NCBI RefSeq assembly: GCF_000775915.1
Contig: NZ_BBLT01000002.1
Location: 716,384 to 780,383, forward strand
Length of the DNA: 64,000 nucleotides
Source of the DNA: Sporocytophaga myxococcoides
Lineage (GTDB): Bacteria; Bacteroidota; Bacteroidia; Cytophagales; Cytophagaceae
Reading direction: 5' to 3'
How positions within the stretch are numbered: position 1 is the stretch's first letter; each line of letters starts with the position of its first letter. The notes under the pieces are model-generated. The model did not search any database and was not told where the DNA came from. It was given only the letters and a program-made list of their open reading frames with translations. The translations under genes and the position numbers were made by a program. Below are positions 49,610 through 59,268 of this stretch, piece after piece.

Positions 49610-50599
49610 CTATTTCAAAAACCTCTTTAATTCTGCTGCCGCATGCAATACAAGAGATTTCGTTTCAGGTATCTCAGCGAGACCATTTAGCATGCCAAAA
49701 TCATGAATTACACCATTATATCGAATGGTAGTAACTTTTACTCCGGCTTCGTCAAGCTTGCGGCCATATGCTTCTCCCTCATCTCTGAGTATATCGTTCT
49801 CTGCAACCTGAATCAATGTGGGAGGTAATCCCTTTAATTGATCTTTAGTTGCTTGCAATGGAGATGCATAAATCTCCTTACGTTGCTTTGGATCTTTAGT
49901 ATAGAGATCATACATCCACATCATCAGCGATTTTGTAAGGAAACGTTGTTCTCCAAATTGTTTATAAGAATCTGTTTCAAAATTTGAATCAACTATGGGC
50001 CACATCAGTATCTGTAGTTTAATATGTGGTCCGCCTTTTTCTTTTGCCATCAATGTTGTTACAGTACTCATATTACCGCCGACACTATTTCCCACGATGG
50101 CCATATTGGTACCATCAACATTGATCTCATCTCCATGTTCCGCTACCCATTTGGTTGCCGCATATATTTCATTTATTGCCTGTGGATATTGTGCTTCAGG
50201 TGTACGCGTATAATTCACAAATACAGCAGCAAACCCAGACAGTACTACCAGATCTCTTACCAGACGCTGATGAGTCGGAAAGTCTCCAAGTATCCAGCCA
50301 CCTCCATGAATGAACATGAAAACAGGAAGTTTTCCTTTTACTCCTTCAGGACGTACTATATTCAAATTAATGGTATATCCATCTGCATTAATGGTTTTCT
50401 CTGAAACTTCTATGCCTGAAAGATCAACTTTAACAGATTTCTGTGCCTCAACCAATACATTTTTCGCATCTTCATATGAAAGACTTTCCACAGGAGGTCC
50501 TCCTGAATTCAATACCTTTAAGAAATTTTTTACTTCTTTTGTAAGACGCGGATCACTTGCATAATCCACTTTTTCTTTTTCCAAAATTGTCGTATCCAT
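49610..50599 (-). CDS. alpha/beta-hydrolase, hormone-sensitive-lipase-like esterase
   Basis: HGGGW oxyanion motif and GNSVGGN (GxSxG) nucleophile elbow. Confidence 0.85.
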   Translation of the reverse strand: MDTTILEKEKVDYASDPRLTKEVKNFLKVLNSGGPPVESLSYEDAKNVLVEAQKSVKVDLSGIEVSEKTINADGYTINLNIVRPEGVKGKLPVFMFIHGGGWILGDFPTHQRLVRDLVVLSGFAAVFVNYTRTPEAQYPQAINEIYAATKWVAEHGDEINVDGTNMAIVGNSVGGNMSTVTTLMAKEKGGPHIKLQILMWPIVDSNFETDSYKQFGEQRFLTKSLMMWMYDLYTKDPKQRKEIYASPLQATKDQLKGLPPTLIQVAENDILRDEGEAYGRKLDEAGVKVTTIRYNGVIHDFGMLNGLAEIPETKSLVLHAAAELKRFLK

Positions 50600-50854
50600 T
50601 CCCTCTTAATTATATTTCAACTTCACCAACTTATTTTTAAATTTACCATATAGGCCAAACCCTTTATTTATTATTTAAACTTTCTATTAATTTTAAATGT
50701 TCGTCATTTAATGTTATGCGTTATAATGATCAGAGCTTCATTTGTTTGTGATGACTTTAGAAATGGAATTGAAAAAGGACCTTATTTCTCTTTTACTTTA
50801 CTTCTTAAAAACATTTAAATTCTGTTATTTTGGTATAGTTGATTTCTGTGATAT

Positions 50855-51880
50855 ATGGATTCTTTAACCCAGATAGTTTTAGGAGCGGCAGTAGGAGAAG
50901 CTGTTTGCGGAAAGAGAGCAGGGAACAAAGCACTGCTGTGGGGAGCTATAGCAGGAACAATTCCTGATCTTGATATACTTGCTAATCCTTTTCAGGATGT
51001 GGTTGAACAATTGACTTTCCACAGAGGTATTACGCATTCATTATTATTTGCAGTTGTTGTATCTCCACTCTTAGCATATCTGTTGAAGATCATTTACAAA
51101 AGAGATGCTACAACATATATGGACTGGTTCTGGCTGTTTTTCCTGGGTTTTACAACACATTCATTACTTGATTGCTTTACTACGTGGGGAACAAAAGTCT
51201 TTTATCCATTCAGCAATTATGCTGTTTCCTTTCATAATATTTTTGTAATAGATCCACTTTATACTGTTCCTTTTATCTTATGCCTGATACCAGTTTTCTT
51301 TTACAGAAAAGAAGATAGAAGAAGGCGTTGGTGGACCTTTGCGGGTATAGGCATTAGTTCGGTCTATATGATGATTACGTTGGTGGAAAAGTTTGCGGTT
51401 AATAATGTATTTGAAAGGAATTTTAAAGATCAGCATATAAAAGTTATAAGATATTCAACAAAGCCTACTCCATTTAACACTGTTCTATGGAACGCAACAG
51501 CTGAAGTAGATTCTGGTTATTACATAGGGTATTATTCTTTATTGGATAAAGGCAAAGATGTGAAGTTTAAGTACTTCCCTAAAAACCATCAATTGCTTTA
51601 TGACTATTTACAGAATGAAAAGTTACAGACATTGCTGGGAATTACTGAAGGATATTATACTGTAGAAAGACAAAACGATGGCTACCTTATTAATGATCTT
51701 CGTTTTGGACAGCTGGACGGCTGGGGAGAAGGTAAAGAGGGATTTACATTTGCTTATAAAATAACTCCTGATCATAACAGTTTAAAGTTTTCTCGGACAT
51801 CCAATAACCTTAAAAAAGCCAGATCTTTGATGCCGATGTTATGGAAACGTATTTTGGGAGAAAATCCAGTTGCAAATTAA
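50855..51880 (+). CDS. membrane-bound metal-dependent hydrolase (DUF457/YdjM-like)
   Basis: N-terminal MDSLTQIVLGAAVGEA…HRGITHSLLFAVV is characteristic of this family. Confidence 0.6.
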   Translation: MDSLTQIVLGAAVGEAVCGKRAGNKALLWGAIAGTIPDLDILANPFQDVVEQLTFHRGITHSLLFAVVVSPLLAYLLKIIYKRDATTYMDWFWLFFLGFTTHSLLDCFTTWGTKVFYPFSNYAVSFHNIFVIDPLYTVPFILCLIPVFFYRKEDRRRRWWTFAGIGISSVYMMITLVEKFAVNNVFERNFKDQHIKVIRYSTKPTPFNTVLWNATAEVDSGYYIGYYSLLDKGKDVKFKYFPKNHQLLYDYLQNEKLQTLLGITEGYYTVERQNDGYLINDLRFGQLDGWGEGKEGFTFAYKITPDHNSLKFSRTSNNLKKARSLMPMLWKRILGENPVAN

Positions 51881-52159
51881 TTATTCTATAGACTATCGGA
51901 TTAATCTGATAGTAGGGTTATTTTTGTGTTATTTTAATTTTTAATTTAATTATATAAAGAGGTGTTTGGGTTCATCATGCTCGTTATTAGCTAATAAGCT
52001 GAGCCTTAAAACTATTGTAGAATGGATATTTTTAAGAGAAATATGCTCAAATCCTTTTCGTTTTGTTAATATCATTACCTACATTAGTTACATAGATTGA
52101 GGCTTTGAGAAATCAGGCGTCAAGAGTTTTTTGTTGTTGGAATTTAAAGATGTACCACT

Positions 52160-53452
52160 ATGAATATACAAATTCCTGAAAGCAACCTTAAAAGAGTCGT
52201 GATTATCGGTGCCGGTTTCGGCGGATTAGCCCTTGCACGAGAGCTTGCTTCCAAAAATTTCCAAATTGTTCTTATCGATAAAAATAACTATCACCAGTTC
52301 CAGCCTTTATTTTATCAGGTCGCCACATCAGGATTGGAGCCCAGTGCTATTTCATTTCCTTTGCGAAAAGTATTTCATTCTTATTCCAATGTTCATATTC
52401 GTATTACTGAAGTAAAGGAAATATATACACAAAGCTCTGAAGTAGTTACATCTCTTGGAACTTTAAAGTATGATTATCTCGTGCTAGCGATGGGAGCAGA
52501 TACTAATTACTATGGTAATAAATCTGTGATGCAAAAGGCAATGCCAATGAAATCAGTTGGAGAAGCGCTTGCTATTCGCAATACTTTATTGCAGAATCTT
52601 GAAGATGCTTTATCTGTAGAAGATCAAAAGGAGAAACAAAGACTTTTAAATATTGTAGTTGTAGGTGGCGGGCCCACCGGTGTAGAGGTTTCCGGAACTC
52701 TTGCCGAAATGAAAAGGACAGTATTACCTAAGGATTTTCCCGATCTTGATTTTACAGGAATGAATATATTCCTGATTGAAGCCGGGAAGAAAGTGCTAGG
52801 GCCAATGTCTTCTATTGCTTCTGAAAAGGCTACAGAATATCTAAAAAAACTGGGTGTTATCGTTCACACAGGAATTGGAGTAAAAGACTTTGATGGTGAA
52901 ACAATTTATCTCGGTGATGGATCTACTATTGAAAGCAAGAACCTCATCTGGGCCGCAGGAGTAAGGGCTAATAGCATTGTTGGTATACCTGAAACCTCAA
53001 TGCATAAAAATGGTAGGATCATTGTGGACAGATATAACAGGGTACAGAGCTTTGAAAATATCTTCGCACTAGGTGATCAGGCATTTATGGAAGAGGATAA
53101 GTTTCCAAATGGACATCCTCAGGTGGTGCAGCCCGCAGTACAGCAGGCAAAGCTGCTTGCCAAAAATTTGGTCAATAGCCAAAAAGGAAAAGCATGGAAA
53201 CCATTCAGCTATAATGATCTTGGTTCTATGGCTACTGTCGGAAGAAACCTAGCTGTAGTGGATTTACCTTACATCAAATTTCAAGGCTTCTTTGCCTGGT
53301 TGTTCTGGATGTTCGTCCACTTGATGTCTATAGTGGGAGTCAAAAACAGACTTTTGATTTTCATTAACTGGTTCTGGAATTACCTGACATATGATCAGTC
53401 ACTTCGTCTGATCATGAAGCCGAAAGAGAAGGAAGTAGGGGAGAAAGCGTAA
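52160..53452 (+). CDS. ndh: type II NADH:quinone oxidoreductase (NDH-2)
   Basis: RVVIIGAGFGGL…, a second GxGxxG (VVVGGGPTGVE), and a C-terminal membrane-associated tail. Confidence 0.85.
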   Translation: MNIQIPESNLKRVVIIGAGFGGLALARELASKNFQIVLIDKNNYHQFQPLFYQVATSGLEPSAISFPLRKVFHSYSNVHIRITEVKEIYTQSSEVVTSLGTLKYDYLVLAMGADTNYYGNKSVMQKAMPMKSVGEALAIRNTLLQNLEDALSVEDQKEKQRLLNIVVVGGGPTGVEVSGTLAEMKRTVLPKDFPDLDFTGMNIFLIEAGKKVLGPMSSIASEKATEYLKKLGVIVHTGIGVKDFDGETIYLGDGSTIESKNLIWAAGVRANSIVGIPETSMHKNGRIIVDRYNRVQSFENIFALGDQAFMEEDKFPNGHPQVVQPAVQQAKLLAKNLVNSQKGKAWKPFSYNDLGSMATVGRNLAVVDLPYIKFQGFFAWLFWMFVHLMSIVGVKNRLLIFINWFWNYLTYDQSLRLIMKPKEKEVGEKA

Positions 53453-53658
53453 AAGTTGAAAGTCAAAAGTTGAAAGTCAAAAGTTTAAAGTATGAAGAGT
53501 GGAAGTGGTTGTTTGAGTAGCAAAAGATTTTTACTACTTTATTCATGCTCGTACAGTTGCTAATATTTTCATTATTAGGGTTCAACTATAGATGGAGTCA
53601 TTTTAAATCAACTTAAAATGACTCCTTTATTTTTTACATATTATGCGATTTTTTAAAA

Positions 53659-53735
53659 CTTTCAACTTTCAACTTTCGACTTTCGACTTTCGACTTTCAA
53701 CTTTCAACTTTCGACTTTCAACTTTCAACTTTTTG
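53659..53735 (+). repeat. heptanucleotide tandem repeat (CTTTCRA)x10 plus one degenerate unit
   Basis: ctttcaa/ctttcga units run without gaps from 53659 to 53728, ending 53-60 bp before the ATG at 53788. A short opposite-sense array (gttgaaagtcaaaa)x2 lies at 53455-53490. Confidence 0.85.
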
Positions 53736-53787
53736 CTCTTTCCGCTTTAAATCCTTAACTTGAACTGATTTAAACTGAGAAATTTTT

Positions 53788-55110
53788 ATGAGTGATGATA
53801 TTATCGCTAGTTTGAGAGAAGCATTAAATTTTTCTCCTGAAAACTTGCCGTTAAGAATATACCTCGCCGAGAGTTTGTTTAAGCTAAACAATTTGGAAGA
53901 AGCTGAGAAAGAGTTTAAGCTGGTTTTAAACAGAGAGTCAGACAATGCCAAAGCGAAACTTGGTCTGGCTAAAATTTACTTAAGTCAGGGCAATTATTCC
54001 ACAGGGATTGTAGTGCTGGAAGATCTGGTGCATTCAGACAATGCAGATTCTGAATCGTTGCTTTTGTTTGCCAAACTTCTTCTTAAAGAAAACTCAATAG
54101 AGGAAGCTATGAAATACTACAAGCGAGTGCTTGAATTAAATCCTGCCTTGCTGGATGAAGAGTTGGACAGTTTGAGAAATCCGAATCACTATTTTGCATC
54201 TGAAGATGATGATTTTGTAGCGGAGGTGGAAAGGAATTCAATGCCAGTTGAAAGACCAAAGATAACATTCGAAGATGTAGGAGGGATGGAACATGTGAAG
54301 GAGGAAATCAAAATAAAAATCATCCATCCTATGCAACACCCTGAGCTTTATAAGGCTTATGGTAAAAAAATAGGTGGAGGGATATTGCTTTATGGCCCTC
54401 CCGGATGCGGAAAAACTCACCTTGCAAGGGCTACAGCTGGTCAGGTTGATGCAAAATTCATTTCCGTAGGGATTAATGATATATTAGACATGTGGATCGG
54501 AGGCAGTGAAAAGAATCTCCATCACTTGTTCGAAATGGCCAGACAAAATGTACCTTGTGTATTGTTTTTCGACGAGGTAGACGCTCTGGGTGCAAGCCGG
54601 TCCGATATGAAACAATCGTCAGGGAGGCATCTGATTAACCAGTTTCTGTCTGAACTTGATGGTATAGAAAGTTCCAATGAAGGGCTGCTGGTATTAGCTG
54701 CAACCAATGCACCCTGGCATCTTGATTCCGCTTTCAGAAGGCCTGGAAGATTCGATAGAATAATATTCGTGCAACCGCCTGATGAAGAAGGTAGAAATGG
54801 TATTCTGAAAGTTTTGCTAAAGGATAAACCGCTTAAAGATATCGATTACAATAAGATAGCAAAAGAAACCAGGGACTTTTCTGGGGCAGACCTGCAGGCG
54901 CTGGTGGATTTTACAATCGAAGAAAAACTGCGTGAATCCTTTAAAACAGGAATCCCGGAACCAATAGAAACAAAAGATTTACTTAGGGCTTTAAAGAAAG
55001 TAATACCATCTACAAAAGAATGGTTTACAACTGCAAGAAATTATGCATTGTATTCTAATGAATCCGGATTATACGATGATATTTTGAAGTATTTAAATAT
55101 TAAAAAATGA
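53788..55110 (+). CDS. TPR-repeat + AAA-family ATPase
   Basis: N-terminal TPRs; …LLYGPPGCGKTHLA… Walker A, …LFFDEVDAL… Walker B, and second region of homology. Confidence 0.8.
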   Translation: MSDDIIASLREALNFSPENLPLRIYLAESLFKLNNLEEAEKEFKLVLNRESDNAKAKLGLAKIYLSQGNYSTGIVVLEDLVHSDNADSESLLLFAKLLLKENSIEEAMKYYKRVLELNPALLDEELDSLRNPNHYFASEDDDFVAEVERNSMPVERPKITFEDVGGMEHVKEEIKIKIIHPMQHPELYKAYGKKIGGGILLYGPPGCGKTHLARATAGQVDAKFISVGINDILDMWIGGSEKNLHHLFEMARQNVPCVLFFDEVDALGASRSDMKQSSGRHLINQFLSELDGIESSNEGLLVLAATNAPWHLDSAFRRPGRFDRIIFVQPPDEEGRNGILKVLLKDKPLKDIDYNKIAKETRDFSGADLQALVDFTIEEKLRESFKTGIPEPIETKDLLRALKKVIPSTKEWFTTARNYALYSNESGLYDDILKYLNIKK

Positions 55111-56357
55111 TCTTTAATTCCAGCGAGAGAGCGAGATTACTGATAGATCAGAGGCGGTTTAAAGAGGCAGAAGAGGAACTTAAAAAATGTCTTTCTTCTG
55201 ACCCCAATAATCCTGAAGTTTTCTCCTTGCTTTGCATCTGTAAATGGCACGAAGGTAAGTATGATGAAGCTGAAGATTTTATAAAAAGTGCTATAAGTCT
55301 GGCTCCGGCAAATCCTTATCTTTTATATATTTTTTCTAAAGTACTGCTCGATCAGGATAAGCTTGACCAGGCTGAAAAATATATTATAGAGGCTATTTCT
55401 ATTGACCCACTGGTAGCTGACTTCTTCGGACTAAGAGCCTCTGTGTTTCTGCAAAGAAAAAATTGGGAGCTGGCATTACATTATGCAAATAAAGGACTTG
55501 CTCTTGAGCCTGACAATCTTGGTTGTCTGAACATCCGTTCTACGGCACTCCTGAAACTTGATAGAAAGGAAGAGTCTTATGATACCATTCATGAAGCTCT
55601 GCATTATGATCCTGAAAATCCCATCACCCATTCAAACCTTGGTTGGGGATTGCTGGAGAAGGGAGACCATAAAAAGGCTTTGGTACATTTTGGGAAAGCA
55701 CTTCAGATTGATCCTGAACTGGAATATGCCAAACATGGTCTGGTAGAAAGCCTTAAAGCAAGATATTGGATATATAGAATATTTTTAAAATATGCTTTCT
55801 GGATAGGGAATATGAAAAGTGGTGCTCAATGGGCTATCCTCATTGGCTTTTTCTTTGGGTCAAAGGTATTGAGTTTCCTTGCTGACAGAATTCCTGCTTT
55901 GAATCCATTTATTTTACCCTTTATTATTCTTTATATTCTTTTTGCAATATCCACCTGGATCATCCGACCTATTACTAATCTCTTCCTGAGACTAAATGTG
56001 TACGGAAGATATGCGCTTACTCAAACTGAAATCCAAACATCGAATTTTGTAGGCGTATCGGTATGTATAGGTTTAATCTCTTTGCTGGCATATCCTTTTT
56101 TTATGAATGATTTATTGTTGTATACAGGAATTTTTGGCCTGTCTATGATGATTCCTTTGTCAAGTATGCTTAATCCCCCTAAAAAGAATAATAAGAGAAT
56201 GCTTATCATTTATACATCTATATTAGGTTTGATTGGAGTTTCAGGATTATTCTGTTTTGCATCTGGACTTGAGGTTGCAGAATCCCTGGGAATTATATAT
56301 CTGATAGGAATTATGTTATTTCAATGGGTTAGTAATGCATTGATAATAGGAAGATAA
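55107..56357 (+). CDS. TPR-repeat protein with C-terminal polytopic membrane domain
   Basis: ATGA overlap with the AAA gene. Six TPR-like repeats followed by 5-6 TM helices. Confidence 0.55.
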   Translation: MIFNSSERARLLIDQRRFKEAEEELKKCLSSDPNNPEVFSLLCICKWHEGKYDEAEDFIKSAISLAPANPYLLYIFSKVLLDQDKLDQAEKYIIEAISIDPLVADFFGLRASVFLQRKNWELALHYANKGLALEPDNLGCLNIRSTALLKLDRKEESYDTIHEALHYDPENPITHSNLGWGLLEKGDHKKALVHFGKALQIDPELEYAKHGLVESLKARYWIYRIFLKYAFWIGNMKSGAQWAILIGFFFGSKVLSFLADRIPALNPFILPFIILYILFAISTWIIRPITNLFLRLNVYGRYALTQTEIQTSNFVGVSVCIGLISLLAYPFFMNDLLLYTGIFGLSMMIPLSSMLNPPKKNNKRMLIIYTSILGLIGVSGLFCFASGLEVAESLGIIYLIGIMLFQWVSNALIIGR

Positions 56358-56425
56358 AAAAACAATCCGGTAAGAATAAGTTCTGAACCGGATTGTTTCT
56401 ATCCGTAAAATAAATCTTTATTCTT

Positions 56426-57184
56426 TTATCTTACGCTATAACCATATTTTCTGAAAACACTTTTAGCCTTTTCTGTAAATAAGTATTTATAAAATTGCTC
56501 AGCTTCCTTAAAGTTTTGTTCTTGATTCTTCTTCAAAAGGACTACTCCTTGTGCAATAGGACTATAGGATTTTGCATCAATTTCAATCCAGGTGCCTTTG
56601 TCTTTCATCTCAGGGCTTAAAACGACTGATTTAGCTGTAAAACCGAGGTCAGCAGCTCCTGATACAACGTATTGATTTACCTGAGAAATGCTTTCTCCAT
56701 TTACAATCCTGGTTTCAATCGTTTTATATATATTATAATAATTCAATATTTCAATTGCTGCTTCCCCATATGGCGCTAACTTTGGATTTGCAATGGCCAC
56801 TTTATCGAATTTATCCGATAAAAGAAGCGTCTTTATATTACTTTTTTCAAGCTTACTCATTGACCATAAAACCAGGCTTCCATATGCATATATTTCTGGT
56901 TTTGTGGTAGCAAGGCCTTCTTTATATAAAGCATCCGGAAACTGCGTGTCTGCTGAAAGAAAAATATCAAAAGGAGCACCTTCTTTTACCTGCGCTGTTA
57001 TTTTCCCGGAAGAGTTTATAATTAACTCCAGATGAATGCCAGTTTCCTTTTCGAAATTTTTTTTAATTTCCTTCATTGCAAACTGAGCATTGGCAGCAAC
57101 AGCAACAGTAACGATCTTTTGTGCAAAGCCTTTGCTGGTTAATACCAGTAAAATAAGTAGTAAATGAATATTCTTGATTATCAT
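56426..57184 (-). CDS. modA: molybdate ABC transporter substrate-binding protein
   Basis: Signal peptide; …VAANAQFAMKEI…SSGKITAQVKEGAPFDIFLSAD… is ModA-typical. Confidence 0.85.
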   Translation of the reverse strand: MIIKNIHLLLILLVLTSKGFAQKIVTVAVAANAQFAMKEIKKNFEKETGIHLELIINSSGKITAQVKEGAPFDIFLSADTQFPDALYKEGLATTKPEIYAYGSLVLWSMSKLEKSNIKTLLLSDKFDKVAIANPKLAPYGEAAIEILNYYNIYKTIETRIVNGESISQVNQYVVSGAADLGFTAKSVVLSPEMKDKGTWIEIDAKSYSPIAQGVVLLKKNQEQNFKEAEQFYKYLFTEKAKSVFRKYGYSVR

Positions 57185-57236
57185 ATTACCAAACTATTAC
57201 TTAGGAGAATAATGATAAATAAAAAAGGTTATAATA

Positions 57237-57584
57237 CTATAATACTATTTTAAAAGACTGCTCCTGAAGGAATTCATTAAATGCTCTCTCCAGATTATCA
57301 AATTCAAGAATAGCCTTTTCTCCTTCTTCAGTTAGGATTGTTCCTCCACCTTTTTTACCTCCGGTTTTGGTAGAAACTAGTTTAATAGCCGAATTGTGTT
57401 CATAGAGTCAATAAGTCTCCATGCATGTCTAGGCCATGTTCATTGATTTAGCGGCCTGTGTAATTGAACCGTACTCTTTGATTTTTTTAAAAAGTTCTAC
57501 TCTTCAGGAACCTAAAAAGGCTCCATCTCCGCTTTGGACCCAGATATGGCCATTCACCAGATAGTCCTTTTTCTCCATCGTCAT
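57237..57584 (-). pseudogene. disrupted ModE-N-terminal-like (molybdate-responsive wHTH) gene
   Basis: Minus-strand translation gives MTMEKKDYLVNGHIW…; …RVELFKKIKEYGSITQAAKSMNMA*; …RHAWRLIDSMNTI…; and …TKTGGKKGGGTILTEEGEKAILEFDNL… in three different frames with in-frame stops. No ORF of 60 aa or more survives here. Confidence 0.45.
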
Positions 57585-57814
57585 AGTTTTGTAAACATAA
57601 GGAATAATGTAGTAAGTAAAAATACTTGTTTTTTATTAAGTGAAAATGCTTAATGATTAAATTTTATGTTAAATGATGAGGAGATTGGGAGATGTCCAAA
57701 ATTTATATACTTATAAATAGTTCCACTCTTCCGTCTCTCCAAGGATTTGGAGGAGTGGACTACAACAATTTTTAATCGATGAGGCTTAATTAATTAGGAA
57801 CAAATTAATTAATT

Positions 57815-58918
57815 ATGTGTAATAATCATGATCCTAATCACAGGCATTCGATTCACTGTATCCTTGCTCCACATATTCTCAAAGCCATTGTTAAAAATGG
57901 CACTTCGGAACAAAGACAGAAAGCGATGGCCACTCTTGCTAATGACAGTACCTTCAGAGCATTGAGAAATTTTACCAATGCTTCTTTAGCAGGAACTGGT
58001 CCTGTAACTATGATTAGTCCGGGTAAGAAACAGAGAACTATCATAGATGCTAAAAATATGCAGAGCACAGAAGGGAAAATAGTTCGGTTCGAAGGCGATC
58101 CTGCTACCAATGATCCAGCTGTGGATGAAGCATATGATGGTCTGGGCATTACTTATGATTTTTTCTGGAATATTTTCGAAAGACATTCTATAGATGATGA
58201 AGGTATGCCATTGCAGGGAATTGTTCACTTCGGAAAAGAATACAACAATGCTTTCTGGGACGGTCAGAAGATGACATTCGGAGATGGTGACGATGATCTC
58301 TTTAAGAGATTTACCATTTCTCTTGATGTGATTGGACACGAGCTTGCTCATGGTGTAACGGAAGATGAAGCAGGACTGGTATATTTCAATCAGGCTGGAG
58401 CGCTAAATGAATCTATGTCCGATGTATTTGGATCTATGGTTAAACAATTTAAACTTAACCAGACATCAGATAAAGCTGACTGGCTTATTGGGGCAGAGCT
58501 TCTTTCTGAGAAGATAAACGGAAAAGCATTAAGGTCTATGAGTGATCCCGGATCTGCTTACGATGATCCTGTATTGGGGAAAGATCCTCAGCCCAAACAT
58601 ATGAATGATTTCGTGAATACATTTGAAGACAATGGAGGTGTGCATATCAATTCAGGTATCCCAAACCGTGCATTTTATCTGGCAGCAACAAACATTGGAG
58701 GTTTTGCCTGGGAAAGAGCTGGTAAAATCTGGTATGAAACACTTAAGGATGCCCGATTGAGAGCTAACACAGGATTTAAACGATTTGCAAATCTTACAGT
58801 TTACAATGCAATAAGACTATTCGGACAAGGCAGCGTGGAAGAACAAGCTGTACAAAATGCCTGGAACGAAGTTGGTATTACAACATCCATTAAAGAACCA
58901 TTGCAATATGCTCATTGA
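57815..58918 (+). CDS. M4-family zinc metallopeptidase, protealysin-like (no signal peptide)
   Basis: HELAHGV (HExxH), a downstream ESMSD Glu ligand, …GGVHINSGIPN…, and a short N-terminal propeptide-like region without a signal sequence. Confidence 0.85.
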   Translation: MCNNHDPNHRHSIHCILAPHILKAIVKNGTSEQRQKAMATLANDSTFRALRNFTNASLAGTGPVTMISPGKKQRTIIDAKNMQSTEGKIVRFEGDPATNDPAVDEAYDGLGITYDFFWNIFERHSIDDEGMPLQGIVHFGKEYNNAFWDGQKMTFGDGDDDLFKRFTISLDVIGHELAHGVTEDEAGLVYFNQAGALNESMSDVFGSMVKQFKLNQTSDKADWLIGAELLSEKINGKALRSMSDPGSAYDDPVLGKDPQPKHMNDFVNTFEDNGGVHINSGIPNRAFYLAATNIGGFAWERAGKIWYETLKDARLRANTGFKRFANLTVYNAIRLFGQGSVEEQAVQNAWNEVGITTSIKEPLQYAH

Positions 58919-59213
58919 ATTTAAATCAGATGGAGGGATTGCGTATTTCCCGGGATTGAACAGATCCAAACTGATTAATACAGACTCGTTAAGTAATGAG
59001 GATTCAATGAAAGCTAAAGAACTTGTACAGAAGTGCAGGTTCTTTAGCATTTCTTATAATGAAGTGCCTCAAAGAGGAGCAGATAGAAAGACCTATACAA
59101 TCAGCGTGACTGATGGCGATAATAAAAATACAATCAGAGTTTCAGATCCTGTAGAAGACGAAGCTTTAGCCGATCTGATAAGTTTTCTGAGTAAGCTAAG
59201 CAGGAAAGTCTAA
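58908..59213 (+). CDS. emfourin-like (M4in) small protein, probable inhibitor of the adjacent M4 peptidase
   Basis: 101-aa ORF starting with ATG at 58908 and overlapping the protease stop by 11 nt. The call rests on the size and position known for protealysin-emfourin operons; no motif-level evidence is available. Confidence 0.45.
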   Translation: MLIEFKSDGGIAYFPGLNRSKLINTDSLSNEDSMKAKELVQKCRFFSISYNEVPQRGADRKTYTISVTDGDNKNTIRVSDPVEDEALADLISFLSKLSRKV

Positions 59214-59268
59214 TGTTCCGATATAGAACCAGGTTTGTCAAACAATTTATGAAGAGCGTTTGAATTTT

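Noticed and set aside
53453-53740. Possible CRISPR array suggested by the short repeats
   Set aside because: The units are 7 bp and contiguous with no spacers. This is a microsatellite, not a CRISPR array.
57185-57600. Intact small modE gene
   Set aside because: The homologous peptide segments are split across three frames with in-frame stops, so it was called a pseudogene instead.
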